Source of the DNA: Aestuariivirgaceae bacterium
GTDB taxonomy: Bacteria; Pseudomonadota; Alphaproteobacteria; Rhizobiales; Aestuariivirgaceae
Reading direction: 5' to 3'
Assembly: GCA_035265265.1 (NCBI GenBank)
Contig: DATFOT010000023.1
Span: 1 to 25,820, forward strand
Length of the DNA: 25,820 bases
This document shows, piece by piece, positions 16,239 to 24,625 of the stretch. The translations under genes were made by a program, and so were the position numbers. The notes under the pieces were generated by a model that saw only the letters and a list, made by a program, of their open reading frames with translations, was not told the origin of the DNA and ran no database searches. The first letter of the stretch is position 1; each line of letters opens with the position of its first letter.

Positions 16239-16829
16239 TCATTGGATCTGCATGCATCTAGCAACGTCTGCCGCGCTTAAGCCGGTCGCGTCGTGGCACG
16301 TTACGCCGTGGCGCCTCAACAACTGCATTGCCTCTTTATTACCTTTCCAAAAGGCTCGTGCCATCGGCTTGTAACCATGGACTTCTCCACGGTTTACGTC
16401 TGCGCCTTTGGTGATCAAGAATTCTGCCAGTTCAACATGGTTTTCTTCTATCGCGATCATCATCGGCGTCACGCCGGACTTGTTGGCCGCATCCTCAAGA
16501 ACTGCGCCGTTCTCCAGCAACAGCTTGGCGATCGGAAGGCTACCCGAGAAAGCTGCTGCATGGAGTGGTGTGAAGCCTCCCGAATTGCGGGCCATGACAT
16601 CAGCGCCTTTGACTAGCAACAGTTCAGAAATTGCAAGTTGATTGCCGATAGCTGCATTGATCAGTGGAGTAGCCCCATCGGGAGTGCGGCTATCAACGTT
16701 GGAGCCATTGGTGAGAGCCTGCTCGACGGCAGCCTTATCTTCTGCGGCAACAGCATCAAACAGCACATCTCCGGCAGCCGCCATCGTCGCAGCGAACCCC
16801 AACACAAGCAAAGTCAGCAATTCACGCAT
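16239..16829 (-). CDS. Secreted ankyrin-repeat protein (about 4-5 repeats)
   Basis: ATG 16829 is followed by a signal peptide (MRELLTLLVLGFAATMAAA). Repeats: GATPLINAA...GADV, GFTPLHAAA...LLLENGA, GVTPMMIAI...KGADVN and GYKPMARA. 15 nt from the YHS gene. Confidence 0.9.
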   Translation of the reverse strand: MRELLTLLVLGFAATMAAAGDVLFDAVAAEDKAAVEQALTNGSNVDSRTPDGATPLINAAIGNQLAISELLLVKGADVMARNSGGFTPLHAAAFSGSLPIAKLLLENGAVLEDAANKSGVTPMMIAIEENHVELAEFLITKGADVNRGEVHGYKPMARAFWKGNKEAMQLLRRHGVTCHDATGLSAADVARCMQIQ

Positions 16830-16960
16830 TGTTCTCACCAGGATAACTATACATGGCGGAGCAGGATTGGGGAAGCCGTTCGGGCAACTAGACGTCGGTT
16901 TCCGATTGTGCCCCTGCAATACGCTTCCTGAGAATTCACGGGGACAAAGTCCGTACCCGA

Positions 16961-16973
16961 CTAGGGGCGCCAA
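16961..16973 (+). repeat. Degenerate direct repeat of the tRNA-Glu 3' end (att-like)
   Basis: CTAGGGGCGCCAA versus CTAGGGGGCGCCAA at 13239-13252 (one G missing). The preceding GTCCGTACCC loosely resembles the T-loop GTTCGATTCC. Confidence 0.5.
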
Positions 16974-17227
16974 TCACCTATGCTTTATGCAACGGCAAGT
17001 CCCGGGCGGCCTTGTGGTGCTGACGTTCTCAAGTTGCGGAATATTATTCCCCCTGATGTAGCAGAACTCAACTTCCTCCACGCGCATTCTGCGCGGCCGA
17101 AAGTGCCGTTTGCATCCGACGTTCTTGATCAATCCTTTACTGCGAAAACTGAGCTGCGCAGGGTGAGTTCGTGCCATGGGATCACATAGGCAGGAGAGCG
17201 GTTGGCGCTAAGTGGGTGTCTATGCTC

Positions 17228-17791
17228 TCAATTGCTTGAGAGCCACTCGATCACATCCGCAGCGTTCCGGTCTGGTGGAAACACAGGATAGAAAACGTGT
17301 TCCACTTTGCCGTTGTTTATGACAAGCGTAAAGCGCTTCAGAAGGGTCATGCCACTTGTCTCAAACGTCGGCAGTTTCATTGCTCTCGTCAAAGCCAAGT
17401 GATTGTCCGACAAGATTGGAAATGGCAGATGGAGGCGCTCGGCCGCCTCGCGCTGATATTCCGGGTCTTGTGTAGATAGGCCGAACAGATGGTCGACTCC
17501 CAAGGCTTTCAATTCAGCGAAGTGATCGCGGAAGGAACACGTCTGCGGAGTGCAGCCCCGGGCACCTGGGATCATGTCCCACCCTTCAGGGTTTTCAATG
17601 CCAGGTCGGCCAGTTCGGGGATAGGCATAGACAATAGTTCGACCGCGCAGCATAGACAAATCAACGCTTTTGCCATTGGTTCCCGGAACCGGGACCGATG
17701 CCATGGGAGCGCCTACCAAATGGCGGGTCCCACCGTCATCAACGGGCGCGGGGAGCGCCGACCAATTCGGGGCGTCCACGGTGGTTTTCAT
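17228..17791 (-). CDS. Peroxiredoxin (BCP/PrxQ-like redoxin)
   Basis: VYAYPRTGRPG, WDMIPGARGCTPQTCSFRD (C-x4-C), FGLSTQD, HLPFPILSD and KRFTLVI...HVFYPVFPPD. ATG 17791 has SD GAGG. Confidence 0.9.
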   Translation of the reverse strand: MKTTVDAPNWSALPAPVDDGGTRHLVGAPMASVPVPGTNGKSVDLSMLRGRTIVYAYPRTGRPGIENPEGWDMIPGARGCTPQTCSFRDHFAELKALGVDHLFGLSTQDPEYQREAAERLHLPFPILSDNHLALTRAMKLPTFETSGMTLLKRFTLVINNGKVEHVFYPVFPPDRNAADVIEWLSSN

Positions 17792-17936
17792 TTTACCCTC
17801 TTTTGGCGCTCGCATTCGCCTGTGTCAGGAAATGTCCGATCACCATTCCGGCCCACTAGCACCGGCTTTGGTGAACTCGGAGGCGCGATGATCACCTCGC
17901 CGCGCGTTTCAATCATCACAAGCAGCGACGCTACTC

Positions 17937-18206
17937 CTAGTGCACCGTCGCCGACCACCGCCGCGATATTTGTTTATCGCCAATGAGGGAATCCAAAGCT
18001 TCGTAGGGATCGAGTTCAAAACCTGGGCCACAGGCGCATTGGATCATGAGTTCCTCGACGATGTCCTCGAGCGCAATGTTGTCGGCCAGGTTCGACCGCC
18101 TGATTTTTTCAGCCTCGGCGTAAATGCGGATAAGGCTACCTGTTCGCTTCGCTGTAGCGACAGCAGCGTCGATTTCGGACAGAACCTTGGGAGTCAGAGC
18201 TCGCAT
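17937..18206 (-). CDS. 89-aa hypothetical protein
   Basis: Protein-like helical composition (IYAEAEKIRRSNLADNIALEDIVEEL). It fills the gap between two genes on the same strand. Confidence 0.65.
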   Translation of the reverse strand: MRALTPKVLSEIDAAVATAKRTGSLIRIYAEAEKIRRSNLADNIALEDIVEELMIQCACGPGFELDPYEALDSLIGDKQISRRWSATVH

Positions 18207-18288
18207 TCCGAGCCAACATGCTCCCGTCGCCTAAAGGGATCAAGACCGCGTCGGCTCAAGAGCAGTCTTTTTGTTGCGGATCGCGTGC

Positions 18289-19317
18289 TCAGCTGCCTGA
18301 GAGATAGCGCAGCACGCCCGAATAGGTCGCTCCGCCGACGACGCAGGGGATGCCCAGCTGCACCTGGCCGGTAACGGCGGCGGTGACACAGCCGAGCGAG
18401 ATGGCACCCTCTCCCAGTCTTCCCCACCAGGAGATCTTCCGCTTGTATGCCGGACCTTTCTGGCGCAACTCGTTCAGCGCGGCGGCGGCATCGTTCTTCA
18501 GCTTGCCTACCTCGGCGGTTTCGGCCGCGAAGATGACGTCGTCGAGATGCTTGCGCGCGTTGTCGGAGGCATGAGGGCGGGATTCCTTCAGCGCAGTGAG
18601 AAGCTCGGCATCGCGTGAGCTGTTGTGGGCGAGCGAATATTTCGCGGTGCTGCCGAGGGTCAACCGCTCGGCATCATTGCTGTCGGAGGCCCAGGGGAGG
18701 AGGTCGACCATGCGCGAAAGCGGCAGAAGGGAGCCTGTCGCATAGTAATATCCCCAGAAGGTGTCCATCACCACCGGGCTGGGCTCCAGCACAAGCTTCT
18801 CCTCGGAATTCCCGCTGAATGCCGAGCCCATGCGGGCCCACATGCCTTTTCTCTCCTTCACGGCGAAATCGCTCAGGGTCGGCAGCTTGCCGGAGGCATA
18901 GGCATCGATCATGATGCGGCGATTCGGAGCTTTCTCCCCAACCTTCCCCAACAGGCCGCGCCAGTCCGCAAGGCCCGAATAGGCGACAGCGCGCACCACC
19001 GCCCAATTGTCTTCCGGTTTCACGATAGCGAGCATCTTGAAGATCAGCTTTTCAGCATGATCGGGATTCGAGCCGATTACACCAGCCATGAAACCGACGA
19101 AGACCCCGGCGGCATCAGGCTCTTGGAACGCCCCGCCGGCGGCCAGAGCCTGGACCGCGTCAGGTAAAAGCTTGTAATCGGGCTTGGTGCGATAGGTTTT
19201 CATCCAAGTCAGAACGCGATCAGGAGGAGGCAGCGGCTCCGGCGGAGCCGCCCGCCCCTGCGACGCGGACGAAAACATAATGAACGCGGCGAGGACGGCC
19301 GCAGCCACCCGCAACAT
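18289..19317 (-). CDS. Secreted hypothetical protein with hydrophobic two-Cys C-terminal tail
   Basis: Signal peptide (MLRVAAAVLAAFIMFSSASQGRA), Pro-rich linker, helical body and C-terminal GCVTAAVTGQVQLGIPCVVGG; GC-rich codon usage like the core genes. Confidence 0.8.
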   Translation of the reverse strand: MLRVAAAVLAAFIMFSSASQGRAAPPEPLPPPDRVLTWMKTYRTKPDYKLLPDAVQALAAGGAFQEPDAAGVFVGFMAGVIGSNPDHAEKLIFKMLAIVKPEDNWAVVRAVAYSGLADWRGLLGKVGEKAPNRRIMIDAYASGKLPTLSDFAVKERKGMWARMGSAFSGNSEEKLVLEPSPVVMDTFWGYYYATGSLLPLSRMVDLLPWASDSNDAERLTLGSTAKYSLAHNSSRDAELLTALKESRPHASDNARKHLDDVIFAAETAEVGKLKNDAAAALNELRQKGPAYKRKISWWGRLGEGAISLGCVTAAVTGQVQLGIPCVVGGATYSGVLRYLSGS

Positions 19318-19415
19318 AGGCCACTTCCTAACGCAAACCCACTAACCATTGAAAATTTAGTGAATTCTTGCGGCGGTTCCGTGGCCAAACCCGACCGAAA
19401 TCGTGGTGGAACCTG

Positions 19416-20099
19416 TCAGTCCTCGCCGCAAGGCCACGTCTTGGGCACCGCCAGCCCGGCAGGAAGTTTCGTGTTCGCGTCGCCGCAGGCAATGTCCAGC
19501 TGCGCTTGCGTAAGGTCCTTGACCAAGCTCAGGTCAGTGCCTTCAAAACGGGCCCAATAAAGATAGGCACGGTTCAACGACACACCGGAAAGATCGGCGC
19601 CATGGAAAACCGAACGAGGCAAGGTCGCGCCGGTGAGATTGGCACCGGCGAGCTTAGTGCCGGCAAAGCTGTTTCGCAGGAAATCGCCTTCGGTCATGTT
19701 CGCGCCCGAAAGATCCGATCCTTCGAAATTCACGCGATGAAATTCGGCTTTTACGAGGAGCGCGCCCGTCAAAACCGCTCCGGCGAAGGTCGATCTCGCG
19801 GCAAAGGCCTTCTCCAAATTGGCGCCGGATAGATTGGCCTTCTCGAAGGAGGTACGTACCAGCTCGGCACGCACCAAATTGGCCTTGGCGAGGCTCGCGC
19901 CGTTGAACCTAGTTCCTGAGAGGAAGGCCCCTTCAAGATTGGCCGCTGACAGATCATTGCTGTCAAGGATGAGCATCTGCATGTTGCAACTGCTCCAGTC
20001 CACGCCGGGTGCTGCGGGGTCCTTGCAGTCAGCGAGAACAGGGCCAGAGAAACAGAACAGCAAAGTCAAAGCGAGATTCAATCGAAAATTATGCGTCAT
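19416..20099 (-). CDS. Secreted pentapeptide-repeat protein
   Basis: Signal peptide ending VLA; tandem A(N/D)L(S/E/T)G-type repeats; Cys pairs in the N cap (DCKDP...WSSC) and the C cap (ACGD...WPC). Confidence 0.93.
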   Translation of the reverse strand: MTHNFRLNLALTLLFCFSGPVLADCKDPAAPGVDWSSCNMQMLILDSNDLSAANLEGAFLSGTRFNGASLAKANLVRAELVRTSFEKANLSGANLEKAFAARSTFAGAVLTGALLVKAEFHRVNFEGSDLSGANMTEGDFLRNSFAGTKLAGANLTGATLPRSVFHGADLSGVSLNRAYLYWARFEGTDLSLVKDLTQAQLDIACGDANTKLPAGLAVPKTWPCGED

Positions 20100-20132
20100 C
20101 CTTTTTCCTTTGGTTTCCCATGGGCCGGGTGA

Positions 20133-21263
20133 TCAATCGGCGGCGTTTTTTTGCTGACGGCGAATGCGGGCGGCGAGCGAAATGACGTTCGCCACCCCGC
20201 GCAACGGCCGGGAGGCGTGTGCCGGGGCAAGGGGTTCGGTGCCGGTGGCAGCCGCCACTTCCACCGGCGCCTCGGCCGCATCAGTCGTATCATCGGCGAG
20301 GATGGGGGGTTCGGAGGTCGGCTCCGCTATGGGCAGCTTCGATGCACCGTCGATAGCGATGTTGAGCTCCGCCAGCTTGGCGTTGAAGTTTTCATCGAGC
20401 TGCTTCAGTTCGTTTTCCAGCTCCGCGGTCTCGCGTTCGGCGGCGCTCAGCTGGCGCTCCAGCTCCTGGCTGCTATGATCGAGGTTCGTCATTGCACTGT
20501 CGCCCGCCGCTGCTGACGATATGCCGGAGTCCGAAGCGGGGGTGTCGGCCAGCTTCTGATTGATCAGTTCCGATTTTAGCGATTCGAACTCGTCCTTTTG
20601 CTGGTTCAAATGGCGCCGCTGCGTCTCGATCTGGCGGGACAAGGACATCAGGTCGTCGATGCGCTTCTGCAGCCGGTCCTGGGCCGAAAGTGCATCGGTT
20701 TCGAGACCGTCCGAGGCCTGGCGGTCGGCAATGTTCTTTTTCATGGCGGCGACCTGGCGGTTGCGCTCGCTAATCTCGGCGCGTAGCTTCTCAAGCGTCT
20801 GAGAGAGCTTTTGGATTTCCTCGTCGCGGCCGCGCAATTGTTCCTTCAGGTTCTGAACCGTTGCCGTACGAGCACTGAGCTCGGTTTCCAGCGGCGTGAG
20901 CTGCATGCGCAGGCTTTGTACCTCCGCATCGCGCTGGGTGAGCTGCGTATCGCGCGACCTCACCTCGGTGATTAGATGATCGATGCGATTGCGGTTGCGC
21001 GATACTTCCGCCATCTGCTCTGCCAGCTTTATCTTGAGATCGTTCATGCGAAGTTCGAGCTTGCGCGACAGCATGGCGTATTCGGCCCGCAGCCGGTCGC
21101 GGTCGGCCTGAAGCTCGGCGATGGTCGAGGGGGCCGCGCGCTGCATGCGCTTCTTGCCGAGCCGCAGGGCAAAAACCCAGGCGAAGCGGCCGAGAAAAAG
21201 AGCAATCAGCGCAGCGACCGCAAAGCCCAACGCCACGAGCATAATGGTCTCAACTTGAGACAT
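20133..21263 (-). CDS. Membrane-anchored long coiled-coil protein
   Basis: N-terminal hydrophobic helix (IMLVALGFAVAALIALFLG), over 200 aa of heptad-like E/Q/R/L sequence, an acidic Pro/Ala-rich linker and a short basic C-terminal helix. Confidence 0.85.
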   Translation of the reverse strand: MSQVETIMLVALGFAVAALIALFLGRFAWVFALRLGKKRMQRAAPSTIAELQADRDRLRAEYAMLSRKLELRMNDLKIKLAEQMAEVSRNRNRIDHLITEVRSRDTQLTQRDAEVQSLRMQLTPLETELSARTATVQNLKEQLRGRDEEIQKLSQTLEKLRAEISERNRQVAAMKKNIADRQASDGLETDALSAQDRLQKRIDDLMSLSRQIETQRRHLNQQKDEFESLKSELINQKLADTPASDSGISSAAAGDSAMTNLDHSSQELERQLSAAERETAELENELKQLDENFNAKLAELNIAIDGASKLPIAEPTSEPPILADDTTDAAEAPVEVAAATGTEPLAPAHASRPLRGVANVISLAARIRRQQKNAAD

Positions 21264-21412
21264 GAATGCTTGTCCTCAGTCCCGACGACGCTTGCCCCGC
21301 CGCCCTTAAAGCATAATCCGCAGGCTGGCGCGAGGCGATCACAAAAATAAGGACATCTACAAGAGGCTGCGAGCGTGCCCCAGGCCGCGCCGCAAGAGGC
21401 CCATACCGGGTT

Positions 21413-22006
21413 TCAGAAGGGGTTCCACCGAGGCGTATCGGAGTATTTCAGATAGCCGGCGTTAAGCCCGAGCCTGAAGCCGAGGCCGGTGCGAATAGGG
21501 GCCAGCTTAACATTCCCATACTGTTGAAAATTGACCCCGAGTCCGCCGACCACATAGGCCGTGCCTTCGATGCCGGCAAAACGGGCGAGCAGGTCCTTGG
21601 GGTGCTGGAGCCCGTAGACCAGAACGAGAACGCGGGAGCCATTGCCGCCAAAATCCATGCCGATCGAGGGTCCCTGCCAGTAGACCTTCTTGTGAAAGCC
21701 ATTCTTCATGAAAAGCGTGCCCTCGCCGTAGCGGAGGCCGCCAATGATTGCGCCCGAGCCTTCCTCTCCGACGATATATCCATTGGGTTCACCATTACGC
21801 TGGAAAGCATACTCCACCACGCTCGCCACCTCCTTGGTGGTGCGCCCAAAAACCTTGTGGCCTTTGGAAAGGATCTCCTCAGCGGTATAGGTTTCCCCCG
21901 ACCGTCCGGTTGCTGAGGTGCCGGCATTTGCGCCCACGACGGGCAAAGCCACGAGGCCGAGCAGCACAGTAAAGGCCACCAGGATATTCCTAATTAGAAT
22001 AAGCAT
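21413..22006 (-). CDS. eipA: DUF1134 family envelope integrity protein EipA
   Basis: Signal peptide; PNGYIVGEEGSGAIIGGLRYGEG, YWQGPSIGMDFG and GFRLGLNAGYLKYSDTPRWNPF; located beside chpT/ctrA as described for Brucella eipA. Confidence 0.88.
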   Translation of the reverse strand: MLILIRNILVAFTVLLGLVALPVVGANAGTSATGRSGETYTAEEILSKGHKVFGRTTKEVASVVEYAFQRNGEPNGYIVGEEGSGAIIGGLRYGEGTLFMKNGFHKKVYWQGPSIGMDFGGNGSRVLVLVYGLQHPKDLLARFAGIEGTAYVVGGLGVNFQQYGNVKLAPIRTGLGFRLGLNAGYLKYSDTPRWNPF

Positions 22007-22077
22007 TGTCTTTACTCCCCACCGTTCAGCCCGACAGCTGTAGCAGAGGGAATTTTCAAATCTGTTAAGCCTTTGGG

Positions 22078-22857
22078 TCAGGCGCCTGAGGCTATGAAGG
22101 CCGGATTGGCAAATCCGCCCTCGACCTTCCCGTAGGTTAGCGGCGTTTCGCCCTCGATCAAAACTTTACCCCCCGCAGCGAGCAGCACGGCATGACCCGC
22201 AGCAGTATCCCACTCCATAGTGCGGCCGAAGCGGGGGTAGACATCGGCTTCGCCCGCGGCGATCACGCAAAACTTGAGCGATGAGCCGGCGAAGACGAGC
22301 CCCCCGGTATCGCAGTTCCTGATCCAGTTCTCGGTCAGCGAATCGCGATGCGACCGGCTGGCCACTACCCGAAGATTGCGGGCTGGAACAGCGGCCGCGG
22401 CAAGGCGACGGCCGTCAGGAATTCCGCCGGATGCGGAGGCTGGCGACGCTTCGAAAGCGCCGATGCCGCCTTCTGCCCAGAAGAGGCGGGGAAGAGCTGG
22501 GGCGAACACTACCCCGATGGCAGGCATTGTTTTAACAATCAGCGCGATATTGACGGTGAATTCACCGTTGCGGTTCAGAAACTCCCGCGTGCCATCCAGG
22601 GGGTCGACCAGAAAAAACTGATCCTGCAAAGCCGGCACATGACCTGCCGCTACGCTTTCCTCCGAGACGACAGGAACCCCTGGAGCCAGCTTTTCGAGAC
22701 CAGCGAGAATAATGTCCTCTGAAACGATATCGGCTTCGGTGACCGGGGTGGCATCATCCTTGAGCCGGGCTTTGGCATCGGTTGCATAAATCGACATGAC
22801 GGCTTCGCCCGCGCGCTGAGCAATCTGGAGGAGACCGGGTAGTAGGGGGGAGTGCAA
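22078..22857 (-). CDS. cysQ: 3'(2'),5'-bisphosphate nucleotidase CysQ
   Basis: TPVTEAD, VSEES, FLVDPLDGTREF, EFTVNIALI, ASRSH, GSSLKFC and PRFGRTMEWDTAAGHAVL. TTG start with SD GGAG. Confidence 0.95.
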   Translation of the reverse strand: MHSPLLPGLLQIAQRAGEAVMSIYATDAKARLKDDATPVTEADIVSEDIILAGLEKLAPGVPVVSEESVAAGHVPALQDQFFLVDPLDGTREFLNRNGEFTVNIALIVKTMPAIGVVFAPALPRLFWAEGGIGAFEASPASASGGIPDGRRLAAAAVPARNLRVVASRSHRDSLTENWIRNCDTGGLVFAGSSLKFCVIAAGEADVYPRFGRTMEWDTAAGHAVLLAAGGKVLIEGETPLTYGKVEGGFANPAFIASGA

Positions 22858-22995
22858 GCTTCTGCTCCATCAACTGAAACTCGTCAAGGCACGCACCGCA
22901 TGGGCGGCGGCCGATCAATCAATCGCCTTTTCAGGGATTGGCCTTCCCCTGGCGCTTCGTGTATCAGGACCCCGATAGATTTACCGGAGTGATTC

Positions 22996-23640
22996 ATGAG
23001 CGGCAACCAAGTGTTGAGCGATCTCGATCTTGCGGCATTGCTGTGCAGCCGCGTGTGCCACGATGTCATATCGCCGGTCGGCGCCATTGCCAACGGTCTC
23101 GAGGTGCTCGAGGACGAAGACGATGAGGAAATGCAGAAGGTAGCAATGGATCTGGTGCGCCGCTCTGCCAAGCAGGCGGCGGCGAAGCTGCAGTTTTGCC
23201 GTATCGCGTTCGGGGCGGCCGGATCAGCTGGCGCATTGCTCGATCTCGGCGAAGCAGGCGACATGGCCAAGGCCTTCGTGGGAGATGAAAAGGTGAAGCT
23301 CGATTGGCAGGCACCGCGCGAAACGAGACCGAAAGGAGAGGTGAAGCTTCTTCTCAATATGATGCTTCTTGGCATGTCGGCGGTGCCGCGCGGGGGAATG
23401 GTTACAGTCGGCTTCGAAGAGCGTTTTCCGGTCGTGAGAGCGGTTGGTGATGCGGCACGAATCCCCGAGAAGGTGTCGCAATTGCTCAAAGGAGATTTCG
23501 ACGCCGGCGAACTTGATGCGCGCCTCGTGCAGCCATACTACACCCGAAGGCTCGCACAGCAGCTCGGCTATGCGCTGAGGTTCGCTGTCAATGGAAACAA
23601 AGTTACGCTCAAGGCAGGATTGCCGGACCAAGCGGGATGA
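22996..23640 (+). CDS. chpT: Histidine phosphotransferase ChpT
   Basis: LAALLCSRVCHDVISPVGAIANGLE (His22), AKLQFCRIAFGAAGS and VQPYYT; convergent with ctrA. Confidence 0.95.
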   Translation: MSGNQVLSDLDLAALLCSRVCHDVISPVGAIANGLEVLEDEDDEEMQKVAMDLVRRSAKQAAAKLQFCRIAFGAAGSAGALLDLGEAGDMAKAFVGDEKVKLDWQAPRETRPKGEVKLLLNMMLLGMSAVPRGGMVTVGFEERFPVVRAVGDAARIPEKVSQLLKGDFDAGELDARLVQPYYTRRLAQQLGYALRFAVNGNKVTLKAGLPDQAG

Positions 23641-23655
23641 ACAGAGGGTGGAGCG

Positions 23656-24363
23656 TCAGGCCGTCTCGCGAATGTCGGAAGGCGCATCGCCGTTCTCGCG
23701 CAGAACATAGCCGCGACCCCACACGGTTTCGATGTAGTTCTTGCCGCCAGCGGCCACTGCGAGCTTCTTTCTGAGCTTGCAGATGAAAACGTCGATGATC
23801 TTCAACTCCGGCTCATCCATGCCGCCATAAAGGTGGTTGAGGAACATCTCCTTGGTGAGCGTCGTTCCCTTGCGAAGGGAAAGCAGCTCGAGCATCTGAT
23901 ATTCCTTGCCGGTGAGATGAACCCGCTGGCCGCCGACCTCCACCGTCTTGGTGTCGAGGTTCACTACCAGATCACCGGTGGTAATAACCGACTGGGCGTG
24001 ACCCTTGGAGCGGCGAACGACCGCGTGAATGCGTGCTACAAGCTCATCCTTGTGGAAGGGCTTGGTCATGTAATCGTCGGCGCCAAAGCCCAAACCCTTG
24101 ACCTTGTCCTCGATGCCGGCGAGCCCCGACAAAATGAGAATCGGGGTGTTGACTTTGCTGACGCGGAGGGATTTCAGAACTTCGTAACCGCTCATGTCCG
24201 GCAAATTCAGATCGAGAAGAATGATGTCGTAGTCGTAAAGTTTACCGAGATCGACACCTTCCTCACCGAGATCCGTCGTATACACATTGAAGCCTTCCGA
24301 CTTCAGCATCAGTTCGATGCTCTGCGCCGTGGCGGTGTCGTCTTCAATAAGAAGAACTCTCAT
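23656..24363 (-). CDS. ctrA: Cell-cycle master response regulator CtrA
   Basis: [59 protein letters not shown] (Asp51) and [25 protein letters not shown]...[12 protein letters not shown] 24363 has SD AAAGGGG. Confidence 0.98.
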   Translation of the reverse strand: MRVLLIEDDTATAQSIELMLKSEGFNVYTTDLGEEGVDLGKLYDYDIILLDLNLPDMSGYEVLKSLRVSKVNTPILILSGLAGIEDKVKGLGFGADDYMTKPFHKDELVARIHAVVRRSKGHAQSVITTGDLVVNLDTKTVEVGGQRVHLTGKEYQMLELLSLRKGTTLTKEMFLNHLYGGMDEPELKIIDVFICKLRKKLAVAAGGKNYIETVWGRGYVLRENGDAPSDIRETA

Positions 24364-24446
24364 CCGAAGCCCCTTTAATTCGACCTCTGGCACCGAGTGG
24401 CGATGGCCAGGAGGAACGCACTCGAGCGAAGCTCAAACCCTATGGG

Positions 24447-24496
24447 TTAACGCTGGTGGTTAAGATACGCCGAGAAAGGTTAACAAAACCTATTAC
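24447..24496. promoter_or_regulatory. Cluster of TTAA half-sites upstream of ctrA (candidate CtrA autoregulatory sites)
   Basis: TTAA at 24447-24450, 24460-24463 and 24480-24483, plus TTAC at 24493-24496. On the minus strand each TTAA reads TTAAC. Confidence 0.55.
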
Positions 24497-24625
24497 GTAT
24501 GGTCCGACAAGGACTTCCTTTACCCGAACACGTAACTGGGAACTCAGTAGTGGCCCGGTGGCGCAACCCAATTGCGAACTCAATAACCGGCAAGGATGTC
24601 TTTTAAGTTGGGTCGACATCCAGGG

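Larger units (their letters stand above)
13252..16973. mobile_element. Putative decayed tRNA-Glu-integrated islet (no integrase seen)
   Basis: It begins at the tRNA 3' end and ends at a near-copy of that end (CTAGGGGCGCCAA versus CTAGGGGGCGCCAA). The genes appear less GC-rich at third positions than the flanks (visual impression, not computed). Confidence 0.4.

Noticed and set aside
16974-17227. Short ORFs 16974-17177 (-) and 16980-17189 (+); possible pseudogene or MITE
   Set aside because: No SD, motif or terminal inverted repeats that I could support.
19416-20099. Apparent nucleotide periodicity suggesting a tandem repeat or CRISPR
   Set aside because: Explained by pentapeptide-repeat coding; no constant repeat-spacer structure anywhere in the window.
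21291-21317. Plus-strand TTGCCC...CATAAT promoter-like pair antisense to the coiled-coil gene
   Set aside because: The spacer is only 14 nt.
23833-24378. Plus-strand 181-aa ORF opposite ctrA; likewise 25036-25698 and 18625-19167
   Set aside because: Antisense or out-of-frame shadows of well-supported genes.
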